A stretch of DNA of 64,000 nt from a virus, in the IMG/VR virus record IMGVR_UViG_3300035698_010154, positions 12,835 through 76,834 of that record. One strand, 5' to 3'. The translations under genes and the position numbers were made by a program. Positions 19,763-29,947 of the stretch are shown one piece after another (the first letter of the stretch is position 1; each line of letters begins with the position of its first letter). The notes under the pieces were generated by a model, which was given only the letters and a program-made list of their open reading frames with translations, was not told the origin of the DNA and did not search any database.

Positions 19763-20539
19763 ATGAGAATTCATTTTTGGCAATATATAGTAAATGATAC
19801 AGGAGTTCCACTAGAGAACGTGAATGTAAGTATATATCTTGCGGGCACAACAACAGAAGCGAGTATTTTTACACATCCAACAGATGGTAATTCAACAACA
19901 TCATTAGCAACAGCACAAACAACAGATGGTGATGGTTTTTTTGAATGTTGGTTCGGTGATGGATTAGAATGGGCCGGTGGTTATACAGCTAGTCAAAGAT
20001 TTAAAATCACATGGACAAGAGCCGGTCTATCGAATGGATCTATAGATAACATAAATGTATATCCAAATACTTATAGTGTCATAGAAACCGATTACACAAG
20101 TACAGATAAAGATATCAAGAATAAAATGATCAGTAATCAACTAGCCTATGATTGGGAGTCACATAAAGACAGTACATCATCAAGCATTCATGGATTAAAG
20201 CCTGTAGATTGGAATGACACAAATACTGATTATAATAAACTTGTAAGTAATAATGTAATGAACTATTTTTGGTCAGTTATAACAAATGCGGGTGCTGTAT
20301 CTATTGCCGCATCAGCCGCGGTTGTAAGAGAGTTCACAGCGACTTCATGGACAGCATCAGGTGGTGAGTATTATACAGACATAGATCATAACTTGAATAG
20401 AGACTATCCTGTTGTTTCTGTTTATAAGACATCGAATAGCAAGCAAGTAAACCCAACAGAAGTACAGTCCATATCAGATTCAGAAATAAGGATATGGATG
20501 TCAAGTGAAGAAGAACTCAATGTTACTATTATGGGATAA
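19763..20539 (+). CDS. Virion structural protein, paralog of 20556..21335
   Basis: HFWQY, KNKMISNQLAYDWE, DHNLNRDYP. Confidence 0.6.
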   Translation: MRIHFWQYIVNDTGVPLENVNVSIYLAGTTTEASIFTHPTDGNSTTSLATAQTTDGDGFFECWFGDGLEWAGGYTASQRFKITWTRAGLSNGSIDNINVYPNTYSVIETDYTSTDKDIKNKMISNQLAYDWESHKDSTSSSIHGLKPVDWNDTNTDYNKLVSNNVMNYFWSVITNAGAVSIAASAAVVREFTATSWTASGGEYYTDIDHNLNRDYPVVSVYKTSNSKQVNPTEVQSISDSEIRIWMSSEEELNVTIMG

Positions 20540-20555
20540 CAAAGGAATTTAGAAT

Positions 20556-21335
20556 ATGGCATTAAAACATTTTTGGTATACTCTTAAAAATGAAGACGGT
20601 GAGCCAATAATTGGTGATTCTGTACATGTATATAAAAATGGTACGAGTACACATCTAACCATTTTTGATTCTAACGAGGATGAGATAACACAGCCTCTCA
20701 CAACATCATCAATTGAACCATCCGGTGCATTTGATTTTTATGTAAAGGATGCAAACTCTGGTGGATACCTGCCTACACAAAAAATGAAAATAGTATGGAC
20801 TAGTGGTAGTATAGATGATTTAGATATATTTGAAGAGCTATATATAGTAGATGAAACGGATACCGGTACTATAAAAAATAAAATGATCAGTAATCAAATG
20901 GCCTATGATTGGGAAGAGCATATTTCATATACATTACCAGGAAATGCTGTTCACAGTTTACAATCAGTTGATAAAACAAATAATAACGTAGATCCTAATA
21001 AAGTAGTGAATAATAAGTTGATGAATGATATGCTTACATGGCCCACATCAGCCGCAACAATATCAATTACATCGTCTGGTGCTGTGATATATCCAATTTC
21101 TGTTAATACAAAAGGCGGTGTTGCTCCTGCATGGGCTGATACATTAGTAGCATCAGCAGGTGATTATTATGTTGAATTGAATCATGGTCTTAACACATTA
21201 TACCCAGCTCTGTCTGTTTGGAAGAAATCTAATAGAAGTATTATTATGCCATCAATGGTCGAGGCCATTGATGAGTTGAATATCAAGATATGGATAAATG
21301 AAGACATAGAGGCAGAGATATCATTAATAGGGTAA
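20556..21335 (+). CDS. Virion structural protein, paralog of 19763..20539
   Basis: HFWYT, KNKMISNQMAYDWE, NHGLNTLYP. Confidence 0.6.
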   Translation: MALKHFWYTLKNEDGEPIIGDSVHVYKNGTSTHLTIFDSNEDEITQPLTTSSIEPSGAFDFYVKDANSGGYLPTQKMKIVWTSGSIDDLDIFEELYIVDETDTGTIKNKMISNQMAYDWEEHISYTLPGNAVHSLQSVDKTNNNVDPNKVVNNKLMNDMLTWPTSAATISITSSGAVIYPISVNTKGGVAPAWADTLVASAGDYYVELNHGLNTLYPALSVWKKSNRSIIMPSMVEAIDELNIKIWINEDIEAEISLIG

Positions 21336-21342
21336 AAAGATT

Positions 21343-21696
21343 ATGCGACTTTCAAGATATATGGAGTATTCAGTAAAAGATAGTAACATCAATGAATTTA
21401 GATCATGTAAGATTCACTTGTCTAAGAAGGCTATGAACATCGAAAAGATACGATCCATAATGGAAGAACATGCTCTTGACATGAGTATAATAAACAAAAT
21501 CGAGAAAGAGAATAAGAAATTAAATATACTACAAAAAGGTAACATATTCATGGATTTTACAATTGATGAATCATCAAAGAGGATAGATCAAAAAATACAA
21601 GATAGATTGAAGATCAAGGTATTAGAGTTCAATGATGATTTGTGTGGGATTCAAAGAAAACTAGAAGAAGATTTAAGAAACTCGGAGGAGAATTGA
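21343..21696 (+). CDS. Hypothetical protein
   Basis: ORF in the late operon, N-terminus MRLSRYME. Confidence 0.55.
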   Translation: MRLSRYMEYSVKDSNINEFRSCKIHLSKKAMNIEKIRSIMEEHALDMSIINKIEKENKKLNILQKGNIFMDFTIDESSKRIDQKIQDRLKIKVLEFNDDLCGIQRKLEEDLRNSEEN

Positions 21697-21697
21697 T

Positions 21698-23092
21698 ATG
21701 AAGAGTCATGGACTTGACATGAATGGTGACATGAAGTTGGAGGTTGTGTCAACAGTACCAACATGGGCATCATCTTATGCAAGAAGATTAATATATGATA
21801 GTAATACGAGTTTGATCTACTATGGTGGTAGTTCTGGTTGGAAACAAGTTGTTGTTACTGATGATGCCCAAACACTTACTAATAAGACCATTGACACAGC
21901 TAGTAATACAATTACTATAAACGGGCCGGATATAAATTCCGGCACTATAACAAATGATAAAATATACTCATCCGCTGCAATTGATGGTTCAAAGCTAGCA
22001 GATGACAGCATAACAGATTTACAAATCAATGCATCCGCCAATATTAATGGTTCAAAGCTAGATGATAATAGCATACCAAGTGCTAAAATCGGAACCGACA
22101 CTATAATGAATAATAAAATAAACTCAGCCGCTGCAATTGATGGTTCAAAGCTAGATGATGATAGTATAATGAATCTACAAATAAACTCATCTGCTGCAAT
22201 TGATGGATCGAAACTGGATAGTGATAGTATAATGAACTTACAGATAAGTAATAGTGCCGCGATCTCAGGTTCAAAGATAGCAGATGACACAATAATGAAT
22301 GCTCAAATAAGTGATAGTGCCGTGATCTCAGGTTCAAAGATAGCAGATGATAGTATAAAGGATTTACAAATAAGTGATAGTGCCGCGATCTCGGGTTCAA
22401 AGCTAGCAGGTATAAAGGATTTACAAATAAGTGATAGTGCCGCGATCTCAGGTTCAAAGCTAGCAGATGATAGTATAAAGGATTTACAAATAAACTCAGC
22501 CGCCGCAATAGATGCCACAAAAATAGCAAATGGCACTGTAAGTAATACAGAGTTTCAGTTATTGAGTGGTATAACTGAAATTAGTCTATCAGCAACAATG
22601 GTAAACAATACAAATGGAAATGCCAACGTTTCCGATACTCCACTTAATATAGGAGGGAGTAGTTATGCTGTCATACCCAAAGAAATATGGAGACATATTG
22701 GCCCAACTGATGTTACAGGCCCATCCCCATATACTGCATGGACTGCTATAAATTCATTACCAGAATCCATAGATTATATAGTTGTAAGAGCTGTGAGTAC
22801 TGGATATACATGGGGTAAAGGATTTTCTTCTGCCGATCCGATTCATGCAAAGCTTTATATTAGACAATATGGTAGTTCAGCAAGTCCAAGTAATGCTAAT
22901 TTGGTTATATGGGATACATGGGATGGCACAAGATGGGGGAAATTCGCAAGTATAGACGAGATAACAATACCTTTATCGAGTAGTGATTATAGATTTGATT
23001 TATATTGGACTTCAGAATTCACAGAAGATCATGACGATGAGGGATTTGAAGTAGAATTTGAACTTATAGGATATGGGTATAATCCAGCATAA
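21698..23092 (+). CDS. Fibre-like protein 1 with 21-aa repeats
   Basis: Shared N-terminus (GxDMxGD..RRLxY); repeats such as DDSIMNLQINSSAAIDGSKL; C-terminal DYIVVRA..EITIPL..GYGYN. Confidence 0.65.
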   Translation: MKSHGLDMNGDMKLEVVSTVPTWASSYARRLIYDSNTSLIYYGGSSGWKQVVVTDDAQTLTNKTIDTASNTITINGPDINSGTITNDKIYSSAAIDGSKLADDSITDLQINASANINGSKLDDNSIPSAKIGTDTIMNNKINSAAAIDGSKLDDDSIMNLQINSSAAIDGSKLDSDSIMNLQISNSAAISGSKIADDTIMNAQISDSAVISGSKIADDSIKDLQISDSAAISGSKLAGIKDLQISDSAAISGSKLADDSIKDLQINSAAAIDATKIANGTVSNTEFQLLSGITEISLSATMVNNTNGNANVSDTPLNIGGSSYAVIPKEIWRHIGPTDVTGPSPYTAWTAINSLPESIDYIVVRAVSTGYTWGKGFSSADPIHAKLYIRQYGSSASPSNANLVIWDTWDGTRWGKFASIDEITIPLSSSDYRFDLYWTSEFTEDHDDEGFEVEFELIGYGYNPA

Positions 23093-23112
23093 AATAACAG
23101 GAGAACAAGTAA

Positions 23113-24480
23113 ATGAAAAGTCATGGATTTGACATGGTTGGGGATATAAAATTAGAGGTTGTAACAACAATACCAGAATGGGAATCAACCGATACCAGAA
23201 GATTAGTATATGCTAGTGATGTGGGTTTAATATATTATGGTGATAGTGCTGGTTGGGAACAAGTTGTTGTTACTGATGATACTCAGTTACTTACTAATAA
23301 GATCATTGATACAGCTAGTAATACAATTACTATAAATGGATCGGATATAAACTCTGACACCATAGTGGATTTACAAATAAACTCATCCGCCGATATAGCT
23401 GCTACAAAATTGGCTATTAACAGTATAATGGATTTACAGATAAGTGATAGTGCTGACATTAATGGCTCAAAGTTAGCAAATGATACTATATCAAATGCTA
23501 AATTTGAGAATAATAGTATATCAAACCTACAAATAAACTCGGTCGCGGCAATTGATGGCTCAAAGCTAGCGGACAATAGTATATATAATGATAAAATAAA
23601 TACAGCCGCGGCAATTGTTGGCTCAAAGCTAGCAGATGGTGGTATAACAGATTTACAGATAAACTCAGCCGCTGCGATTGTTGGCTCAAAGCTAGCAGAT
23701 GATAGCATAACAAACTTACAAATAAACTCAGCCGCTGATATAAATGGATCAAAGATAGCAGATGATAGCATAACAAACTTACAAATAAACACAGCCGCTG
23801 ATATAAATGGATCAAAGCTATCAGATGGTGGTATAACAGATTTACAAATAAGTGACAGTGCTGCAATCTCAGGTTCAAAGATAGCAGATGATAGTATAAT
23901 GAACTTACAGATAAGTAGTAGTGCCGCAATCTCAGCTTCGAAAATAGCAGATGGTTCGGTGAGTAATGCAAAGTTTCAACTATTGAGTGGTATAACTGAA
24001 ATCAGTAATGCGGCAACAATGGTCACCAATACAAATGGTAATGCTGACGTTTCGAGTCCTCCACTTAGTATAACCGTAGCTATAACACCAGATATTTATA
24101 CACACATTGGCCCAACAAACAGTACACCTGATTTATATCCCTGGACTGCTATGGATTCATTACCAGAATCAGTAGATTATATAGTTGTAAGAGCTTTCAG
24201 TAAAATGACCAGTCGTGATGATACCACTACTACCACAGGCACTATTTATGCTAAAAAATATGGTGCTATTAGTTCAGGAAGCTTAATTGTTTATAATCTT
24301 AGCTATCTACAAAATTACAATTATGATGATCCAGTAACACAAGCAAATGTAAGCGAAATAACAATACCTTTAGGTCAACATGCTAGTTACCCTAATACAT
24401 TTGATTTATGGTGGTCTGGGGACTTTACTAGTATGATATTTTATCTTGTAGGATATGGGTACAATCCATTTAGTTTATAA
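23113..24480 (+). CDS. Fibre-like protein 2 with 21-aa repeats
   Basis: Paralog of 21698..23092. Confidence 0.65.
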   Translation: MKSHGFDMVGDIKLEVVTTIPEWESTDTRRLVYASDVGLIYYGDSAGWEQVVVTDDTQLLTNKIIDTASNTITINGSDINSDTIVDLQINSSADIAATKLAINSIMDLQISDSADINGSKLANDTISNAKFENNSISNLQINSVAAIDGSKLADNSIYNDKINTAAAIVGSKLADGGITDLQINSAAAIVGSKLADDSITNLQINSAADINGSKIADDSITNLQINTAADINGSKLSDGGITDLQISDSAAISGSKIADDSIMNLQISSSAAISASKIADGSVSNAKFQLLSGITEISNAATMVTNTNGNADVSSPPLSITVAITPDIYTHIGPTNSTPDLYPWTAMDSLPESVDYIVVRAFSKMTSRDDTTTTTGTIYAKKYGAISSGSLIVYNLSYLQNYNYDDPVTQANVSEITIPLGQHASYPNTFDLWWSGDFTSMIFYLVGYGYNPFSL

Positions 24481-24518
24481 TGGAGAGAGACTAAGAAGAA
24501 AATAATAGGAAGGATCAA

Positions 24519-25943
24519 ATGAAATATTATGGAATAGATATGAGGGGAGATATCAAATTGGAGGTAATGGCAACATTACCAGCATGGGTATCATCCGCTG
24601 CAGATGCTAGAAGGTTAGTATATGCTACTGATACGGGCTTAATCCATTATGGCGATAGTACTGGATGGGAGCAAGTTATTGTTACTGATGATGCCCAAAC
24701 ACTTACTAATAAGACCATTAATACGCTTTATAATACAATTACTATAAACGGATCTGATATAAATGATAATACAATAACAAATCTACAAATAAACTCAGCC
24801 GCGGCCATTGATGGTTCAAAGCTAGCAGATGGTGGTATAATGGATTCACAAATAAACACATCTGCTGATATTGATGGCTCAAAGCTATATGTTCATAGTA
24901 TATTAAATGATAAAATTGAAACCGATACAATAATGAATGACAAGATAAGCCCAGTTGCTGATATAGAAGGCTCAAAATTGGCTAATGGAAGTATAACAAA
25001 CTTACAAATAAACTCATCCGCTGATATAGATGCCACAAAAATAGCTAGTAACAGTATAACAGATTTACAGATAAGTGATAGTGCCGCAATCTCAGGTTCA
25101 AAGATAGCAGATGATAGTATAATGAATTTACAGATAAGTGATAGTGCTGCAATCTCAGCTTCGAAAATAGCAGATGGTAGTATATCAAACCTACAAATAA
25201 ACTCAAGTGCTGCAATCTCAGGTTCAAAGCTAGCAGATGATAGTATAATGAACTTACAGATAAGTGATAGTGCTGCAATCTCAGGTTCAAAGATAGCAGA
25301 TGATAGTATAATAAATGCTAAAATAAGTGATAGTGCTGCAATAGATGCTTCAAAAATAGCAGATGGTTCGGTGAGTAATGCAGAGTTTCAATTATTGAAC
25401 GGTATAACAAATCTTAATAATTCATTAACAATGTTCGATGCCTCTACCTATAATCCGTTACAAGTAGCTCCCTGGAGTGCTGGGGGTGGTGGTCCTTATG
25501 TTAGAGAAGGGTCATGGACTATTGTTGGCCCAAATGATGTTTACTCTGGTTCTACGAATTATGAACACAATGCAATAAAATGGAACGCTCTAACATCATT
25601 ACCCGCACTAGTGGATTATATAGTTGTAAGAGCTGTAAGTTTTGTAGACTTTACAGACGGCGAACCTTATAGTGATCCGGTGTTTTATGTTTCTGTTAGA
25701 AAAACTCATACTGACGAAGGAAGCGTTGTTAGTTATTATACTGCTGATAAAGAGAGTAATCATTATAATACACAGGCAAATGTAAGCGAAATAACAATAC
25801 CTTTAGGTCAGATCACCAGTTATCCTAATTCATTTGAGGTATATTGGCATTCAGACTGGGGTAATGATGATACTGATTATGCTGGAGAGATTCTTATGGA
25901 ATTTTATCTCATAGGGTATGGGTATAATTCAGCATTAGTATAA
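24519..25943 (+). CDS. Fibre-like protein 3 with 21-aa repeats
   Basis: Paralog of 21698..23092. Confidence 0.65.
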   Translation: MKYYGIDMRGDIKLEVMATLPAWVSSAADARRLVYATDTGLIHYGDSTGWEQVIVTDDAQTLTNKTINTLYNTITINGSDINDNTITNLQINSAAAIDGSKLADGGIMDSQINTSADIDGSKLYVHSILNDKIETDTIMNDKISPVADIEGSKLANGSITNLQINSSADIDATKIASNSITDLQISDSAAISGSKIADDSIMNLQISDSAAISASKIADGSISNLQINSSAAISGSKLADDSIMNLQISDSAAISGSKIADDSIINAKISDSAAIDASKIADGSVSNAEFQLLNGITNLNNSLTMFDASTYNPLQVAPWSAGGGGPYVREGSWTIVGPNDVYSGSTNYEHNAIKWNALTSLPALVDYIVVRAVSFVDFTDGEPYSDPVFYVSVRKTHTDEGSVVSYYTADKESNHYNTQANVSEITIPLGQITSYPNSFEVYWHSDWGNDDTDYAGEILMEFYLIGYGYNSALV

Positions 25944-25958
25944 CAAGGCGGTAAATAA

Positions 25959-26876
25959 ATGGAAAATTATGGAATAGACATGAAGGGAGATATCAAAGTA
26001 GAAGATGTCTCACCACTACCAACATGGTCAGCATCAGATGAGAGAAGAGTTGTGTACTCATCAAATGAGGATAAAGCTTATTATGGATCTGACTTGAAAT
26101 GGGAGCATATGATCAATAACAATTATTATAATAGTGAGCATAATAAGGGATGGTATAAAAGGCCGCATTTTGAGTATATGGGTAGTAATGTTATAGACAT
26201 ATATCCGGGCGCATATCACCATGATGGCACCACCGAGCAAATGGTTTACTGGAATGACAAACTAACATTTACTATGGGGCCGGTTGGTTCAAACTCAAGT
26301 TCAGATACTTTAAATGCTAATGAATGGCAATATATTTATTTAAGTGATCAACCCATTGTTGCTAATGCATCGGCAGAACTTAATGCCTCATGTTTTATTA
26401 ATTCAGCAACTCATCCATCTCTTGATAATAGTGGAAAGGGTATTTATTATAGTACTTCAAGACTTATATTTGCTGTATATACAGATGCATTTGGTAATAT
26501 TGTGGAGTTCTTTCAATGTGGGGATTTTATACAATGGACTGATCAAATATTAACCAGCGCGATTGGGCTGATCTCAACTTTATGGGTTGATAAACAAATG
26601 ATTGTCCCAATAATCACAAATATAAATATAAGATCACAATTGAATTTACAGCATATTGGTAATTCTTCTGGTTCCAATTCGTTATATTGGAGAACAAATG
26701 GGCAGACCGCATCTACAGGATCATTTATATGCACTACTGGTAATAATGAAATAAATTATATGAGTTTAAACGCTTGTTCAGATGACACAACAGGTAAAAT
26801 AGAATTAAAACAATATGGTGGAAGTAATGATGTTAGCGCATGGGCAAATGGTTGGTATTTACCATTTGGAATGTAA
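25959..26876 (+). CDS. Fibre-like protein 4 (same N-terminus, no repeats)
   Basis: YGIDMKGDIKVE..PTW..ERRVVY; paralog of 26898..27821. Confidence 0.6.
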   Translation: MENYGIDMKGDIKVEDVSPLPTWSASDERRVVYSSNEDKAYYGSDLKWEHMINNNYYNSEHNKGWYKRPHFEYMGSNVIDIYPGAYHHDGTTEQMVYWNDKLTFTMGPVGSNSSSDTLNANEWQYIYLSDQPIVANASAELNASCFINSATHPSLDNSGKGIYYSTSRLIFAVYTDAFGNIVEFFQCGDFIQWTDQILTSAIGLISTLWVDKQMIVPIITNINIRSQLNLQHIGNSSGSNSLYWRTNGQTASTGSFICTTGNNEINYMSLNACSDDTTGKIELKQYGGSNDVSAWANGWYLPFGM

Positions 26877-26897
26877 TCAACTAATGGAGAATAATTA

Positions 26898-27821
26898 ATG
26901 GATAATCATCAAATAGATATGAAAGGAAGCATTCAAATAGAGAGTGTTTCAGCATTACCAACATGGACATCATTAGACGAAAGAAGAATGATATATGCGG
27001 CTGATGTCGATAAAGTGTATTATGGATCTAGTACAAAATGGGAGAGTATCCTTAATAGTAGTTATTATATTAGTGGGCATAACAAAGGATGGTATAAAAG
27101 ACCATATTTCAGATGGGTTAGTAGTACTACTATTGAGATATATCCAGGCGCATATCACCATGATGGAACTACTGAGCAAATGGTTTACTGGAATGACAAA
27201 TTAACGTTCCAATTGGGTTCTGGTGGTTCCAATGCAAGTTCGGAAAATTTAGGATCATCACAATGGCACTATATTTATTTAGATGATGCATCTATTGTTA
27301 GTAATGCTTCTGCAGAGCTTGATGAAACATGCTTTGTTAACTCAACAACCAATCCAACACTTGAAGACACAGATGGATGTGGTATATATAATAGTACATC
27401 AAGATTAGTGTTTGCTGTGTATACTGATGCAGATAATAAGATTAAAGAGTTCTTTCAATGTGGTAATTTTATACAATGGGCTGATCAAATACTTGTATTT
27501 AGTAACAGCATTACAACTTCATGGGCAGACCTAACAATGATTGTCCCAATAGTCACAAATGTAAATATAAGAACGCAATTAACATTGTGGAATATTGGTA
27601 ATTCTTCTGGTTCCAATTCATTATATTGGAGAACAAATGGGCAGACCGCATCTACAGGATCATTTATATCAAAAGTTAATCTTAATGATACAATATATAC
27701 TGTTCTAAATGTCTGTGCAGACGACACCACAGGTAAAATAGAAATGAAAATAGATACTGGTACTGTAGGTAATAGTGTAAACGCATATACGAATGGTTGG
27801 TATTTGCCAGAAGGAATGTAA
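26898..27821 (+). CDS. Fibre-like protein 5
   Basis: Shares YPGAYHHDGTTEQMVYWNDKLTF and NGWYLPxGM with 25959..26876. Confidence 0.6.
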   Translation: MDNHQIDMKGSIQIESVSALPTWTSLDERRMIYAADVDKVYYGSSTKWESILNSSYYISGHNKGWYKRPYFRWVSSTTIEIYPGAYHHDGTTEQMVYWNDKLTFQLGSGGSNASSENLGSSQWHYIYLDDASIVSNASAELDETCFVNSTTNPTLEDTDGCGIYNSTSRLVFAVYTDADNKIKEFFQCGNFIQWADQILVFSNSITTSWADLTMIVPIVTNVNIRTQLTLWNIGNSSGSNSLYWRTNGQTASTGSFISKVNLNDTIYTVLNVCADDTTGKIEMKIDTGTVGNSVNAYTNGWYLPEGM

Positions 27822-27829
27822 TTTTTATG

Positions 27830-27858
27830 TTTACATTTAGTTAATTATAAGTTATAAT
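27830..27858 (+). promoter_or_regulatory. Early/middle-type promoter for gp55
   Basis: (G)TTTACA-N17-TATAAT. Confidence 0.7.
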
Positions 27859-27897
27859 AATTATAGTTAATTATAGTTAATTTGAAGCTGGAGATAT

Positions 27898-28356
27898 ATG
27901 GAATTTAGAGACAAGAAGGAAAGGTACTATATAAGGAACAAAGATTTATTACCAGAGATAATAAAATACAAAGATAGTGGGGATATTGGTGAAAAGTTAG
28001 GATTGATGATACAGCGAATAGCTATCAATTATTCTAACAGAGGCAATTTTGCTGGATACACATGGCGTGAAGACATGGTATCCGAAGCTGTTTTGATCTG
28101 CTTTAAATACATGCATAACTTTGATCCAGAGAAACAGGCTCGACCCAATCCATTCTCTTACTTTACAACAGTAATACACAATGCCTTTGTTAATTATATA
28201 AAGAAGCAGAAGAAGCATAGTGATATAAAGGATGTGTGCTATAAGAACTATCATTTGATTGATGAGGAAAATGAGTTCTATCACTATGCCGTAAAGGGTA
28301 TAGATTATCAAGTAATGAGAAGGAATGATATAGTCAAAAAAAAGAAAAAGAAATAA
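27898..28356 (+). CDS. gp55: Late-transcription sigma factor (T4 gp55-like)
   Basis: NFAGYTWREDMVSEA, NFDPEK..NPFSYFT..HNAF; precedes gp47. Confidence 0.9.
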   Translation: MEFRDKKERYYIRNKDLLPEIIKYKDSGDIGEKLGLMIQRIAINYSNRGNFAGYTWREDMVSEAVLICFKYMHNFDPEKQARPNPFSYFTTVIHNAFVNYIKKQKKHSDIKDVCYKNYHLIDEENEFYHYAVKGIDYQVMRRNDIVKKKKKK

Positions 28357-28359
28357 AGG

Positions 28360-29352
28360 ATGTGTATGAAGAAAATTGTGATGTTAGGAGACACACATCT
28401 CGGAATATACAATGATTCCGAGGTGTGGCATAATGTAACAAAAACATTATTCAAAGAAATTCATGACTATTGTATAAAGAACGATATTGATACTATAATC
28501 CATGGCGGAGATTTTTTTCATAATCGTAAATCCACCAATACCAAGACATTAAACACCGCGCTAGAAATAGCCGAAATACTCTCACCACTCAAAGTTAACA
28601 TAATCGTAGGCAATCACGATACCTTTTTTAAAAATAAAATCCAACCAAATTCATTACAAATATTTCAAAAACATAATAATATAACAATAATAGATAAACC
28701 AATAAAAATTAATGACATTCTATTAGTTCCGTGGAACGCAGATTTTAATGATATTGAAGCAAAGTATTGTTTCGGCCACTTTGCCATCAATGGATTCAAT
28801 ATGAATGATAACTATGTTTGTGATAAAGGATTAAAAGCATCAATTTTCAATAAATTTGAATTAACATTTTCATCACATTTTCATTTACCCTCAAGGCAAA
28901 AAAATATAATATATCTTGGTTCACCACTTCAGCAGACATTCAATGATGTTGGTGGTGAAAGAGGGTATTATACATTTGACAATGGTGATTTAGAATTTAT
29001 AGAGTTCACTAAATATCCTCACTTCATAAAGGTGAACGCTAATGACAAGATATCAAAGGAGGTGGTGAGTGGTAACATAGTACGACTTATATTCACAGAG
29101 GACTATGGTGAAGGTAAGAATCAGCAAATAGTAGATAGTGTACTAAGCAAGACACCACTGCAATTGCACGTGGACTTCAAAATATCAAAAGAGGATTCTG
29201 ACAAATACCAAGGAGAGGTAGACATTGGTATGCTAGACCACAGCGAGGTTATGGTAAGCTATATATCGGATTATGAAACACCTAAGCACATTAATAATGC
29301 AGTACTAACTAAAATGATGTTAAAATTTAAAGAAGAGGCTCATGACTTATGA
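28360..29352 (+). CDS. gp47: Recombination endonuclease subunit (T4 gp47, Mre11/SbcD-like)
   Basis: GDTHLG, GDFFHNR, GNHD, SHFH, YLGSP metallophosphoesterase motifs. Confidence 0.92.
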   Translation: MCMKKIVMLGDTHLGIYNDSEVWHNVTKTLFKEIHDYCIKNDIDTIIHGGDFFHNRKSTNTKTLNTALEIAEILSPLKVNIIVGNHDTFFKNKIQPNSLQIFQKHNNITIIDKPIKINDILLVPWNADFNDIEAKYCFGHFAINGFNMNDNYVCDKGLKASIFNKFELTFSSHFHLPSRQKNIIYLGSPLQQTFNDVGGERGYYTFDNGDLEFIEFTKYPHFIKVNANDKISKEVVSGNIVRLIFTEDYGEGKNQQIVDSVLSKTPLQLHVDFKISKEDSDKYQGEVDIGMLDHSEVMVSYISDYETPKHINNAVLTKMMLKFKEEAHDL

Positions 29353-29531
29353 ACTATAGACGAATAAATATAAATTTAACAGAAAGAAATTGGTGTTCCT
29401 TTAGCGGAGTTTGTAAGAAAGATGTATGTACGACAAATGATTTATGTAGACATTGTAAGTATAAGACACTTATTGATATACCGAGAATGATAGATAAAAA
29501 TATGGAATTAATTAGGAAAGAGGCATAAGAG

Positions 29532-29882
29532 ATGGCTATAGCAACAGAATCAACATCATGGAGCAATGGATTTGTTCAATGGACAGACCCAGCAACAGAA
29601 TCAACATCATGGAGCAATTCATTTTCTGATGGATTTGTTCAATGGACGGACCCAGCACAAGAACTACGTGATGAACTAAACAAAAATAAGAAACACATAG
29701 ATTTTCTGTATAGAATAATCTATAAGCTTATGACTGATATCGTTATGAGGGTTGATATAACAATTAGTGATTCTTTAAAAGCCGAGTTACGGATCATGTT
29801 CAAACAAATTGATCACCTTGAGGGTAAGGAAAATTTGCCAGAAGATGATGGTTTTATAAAAAGTAAAGAAATGATGATATGA
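29532..29882 (+). CDS. Hypothetical protein with N-terminal tandem duplication
   Basis: ATESTSWSN..GFVQWTDPA occurs twice. Confidence 0.55.
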   Translation: MAIATESTSWSNGFVQWTDPATESTSWSNSFSDGFVQWTDPAQELRDELNKNKKHIDFLYRIIYKLMTDIVMRVDITISDSLKAELRIMFKQIDHLEGKENLPEDDGFIKSKEMMI

Positions 29883-29884
29883 TG

Positions 29885-29913
29885 TTTACATTTTTCACCA
29901 AAAATTGTATAAT
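29885..29913 (+). promoter_or_regulatory. Early/middle-type promoter
   Basis: (G)TTTACA-N17-TATAAT. Confidence 0.7.
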
Positions 29914-29947
29914 TAGACATTATTAAAATTGTTGAGAAAGGAGAAAT

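Noticed and set aside
21820-25290. Minus-strand ORFs within the fibre genes
   Set aside because: Antisense shadows of the 63-bp repeats
21698-27821. Diversity-generating retroelement
   Set aside because: No reverse transcriptase or adenine-specific template/variable repeat pair seen in the window
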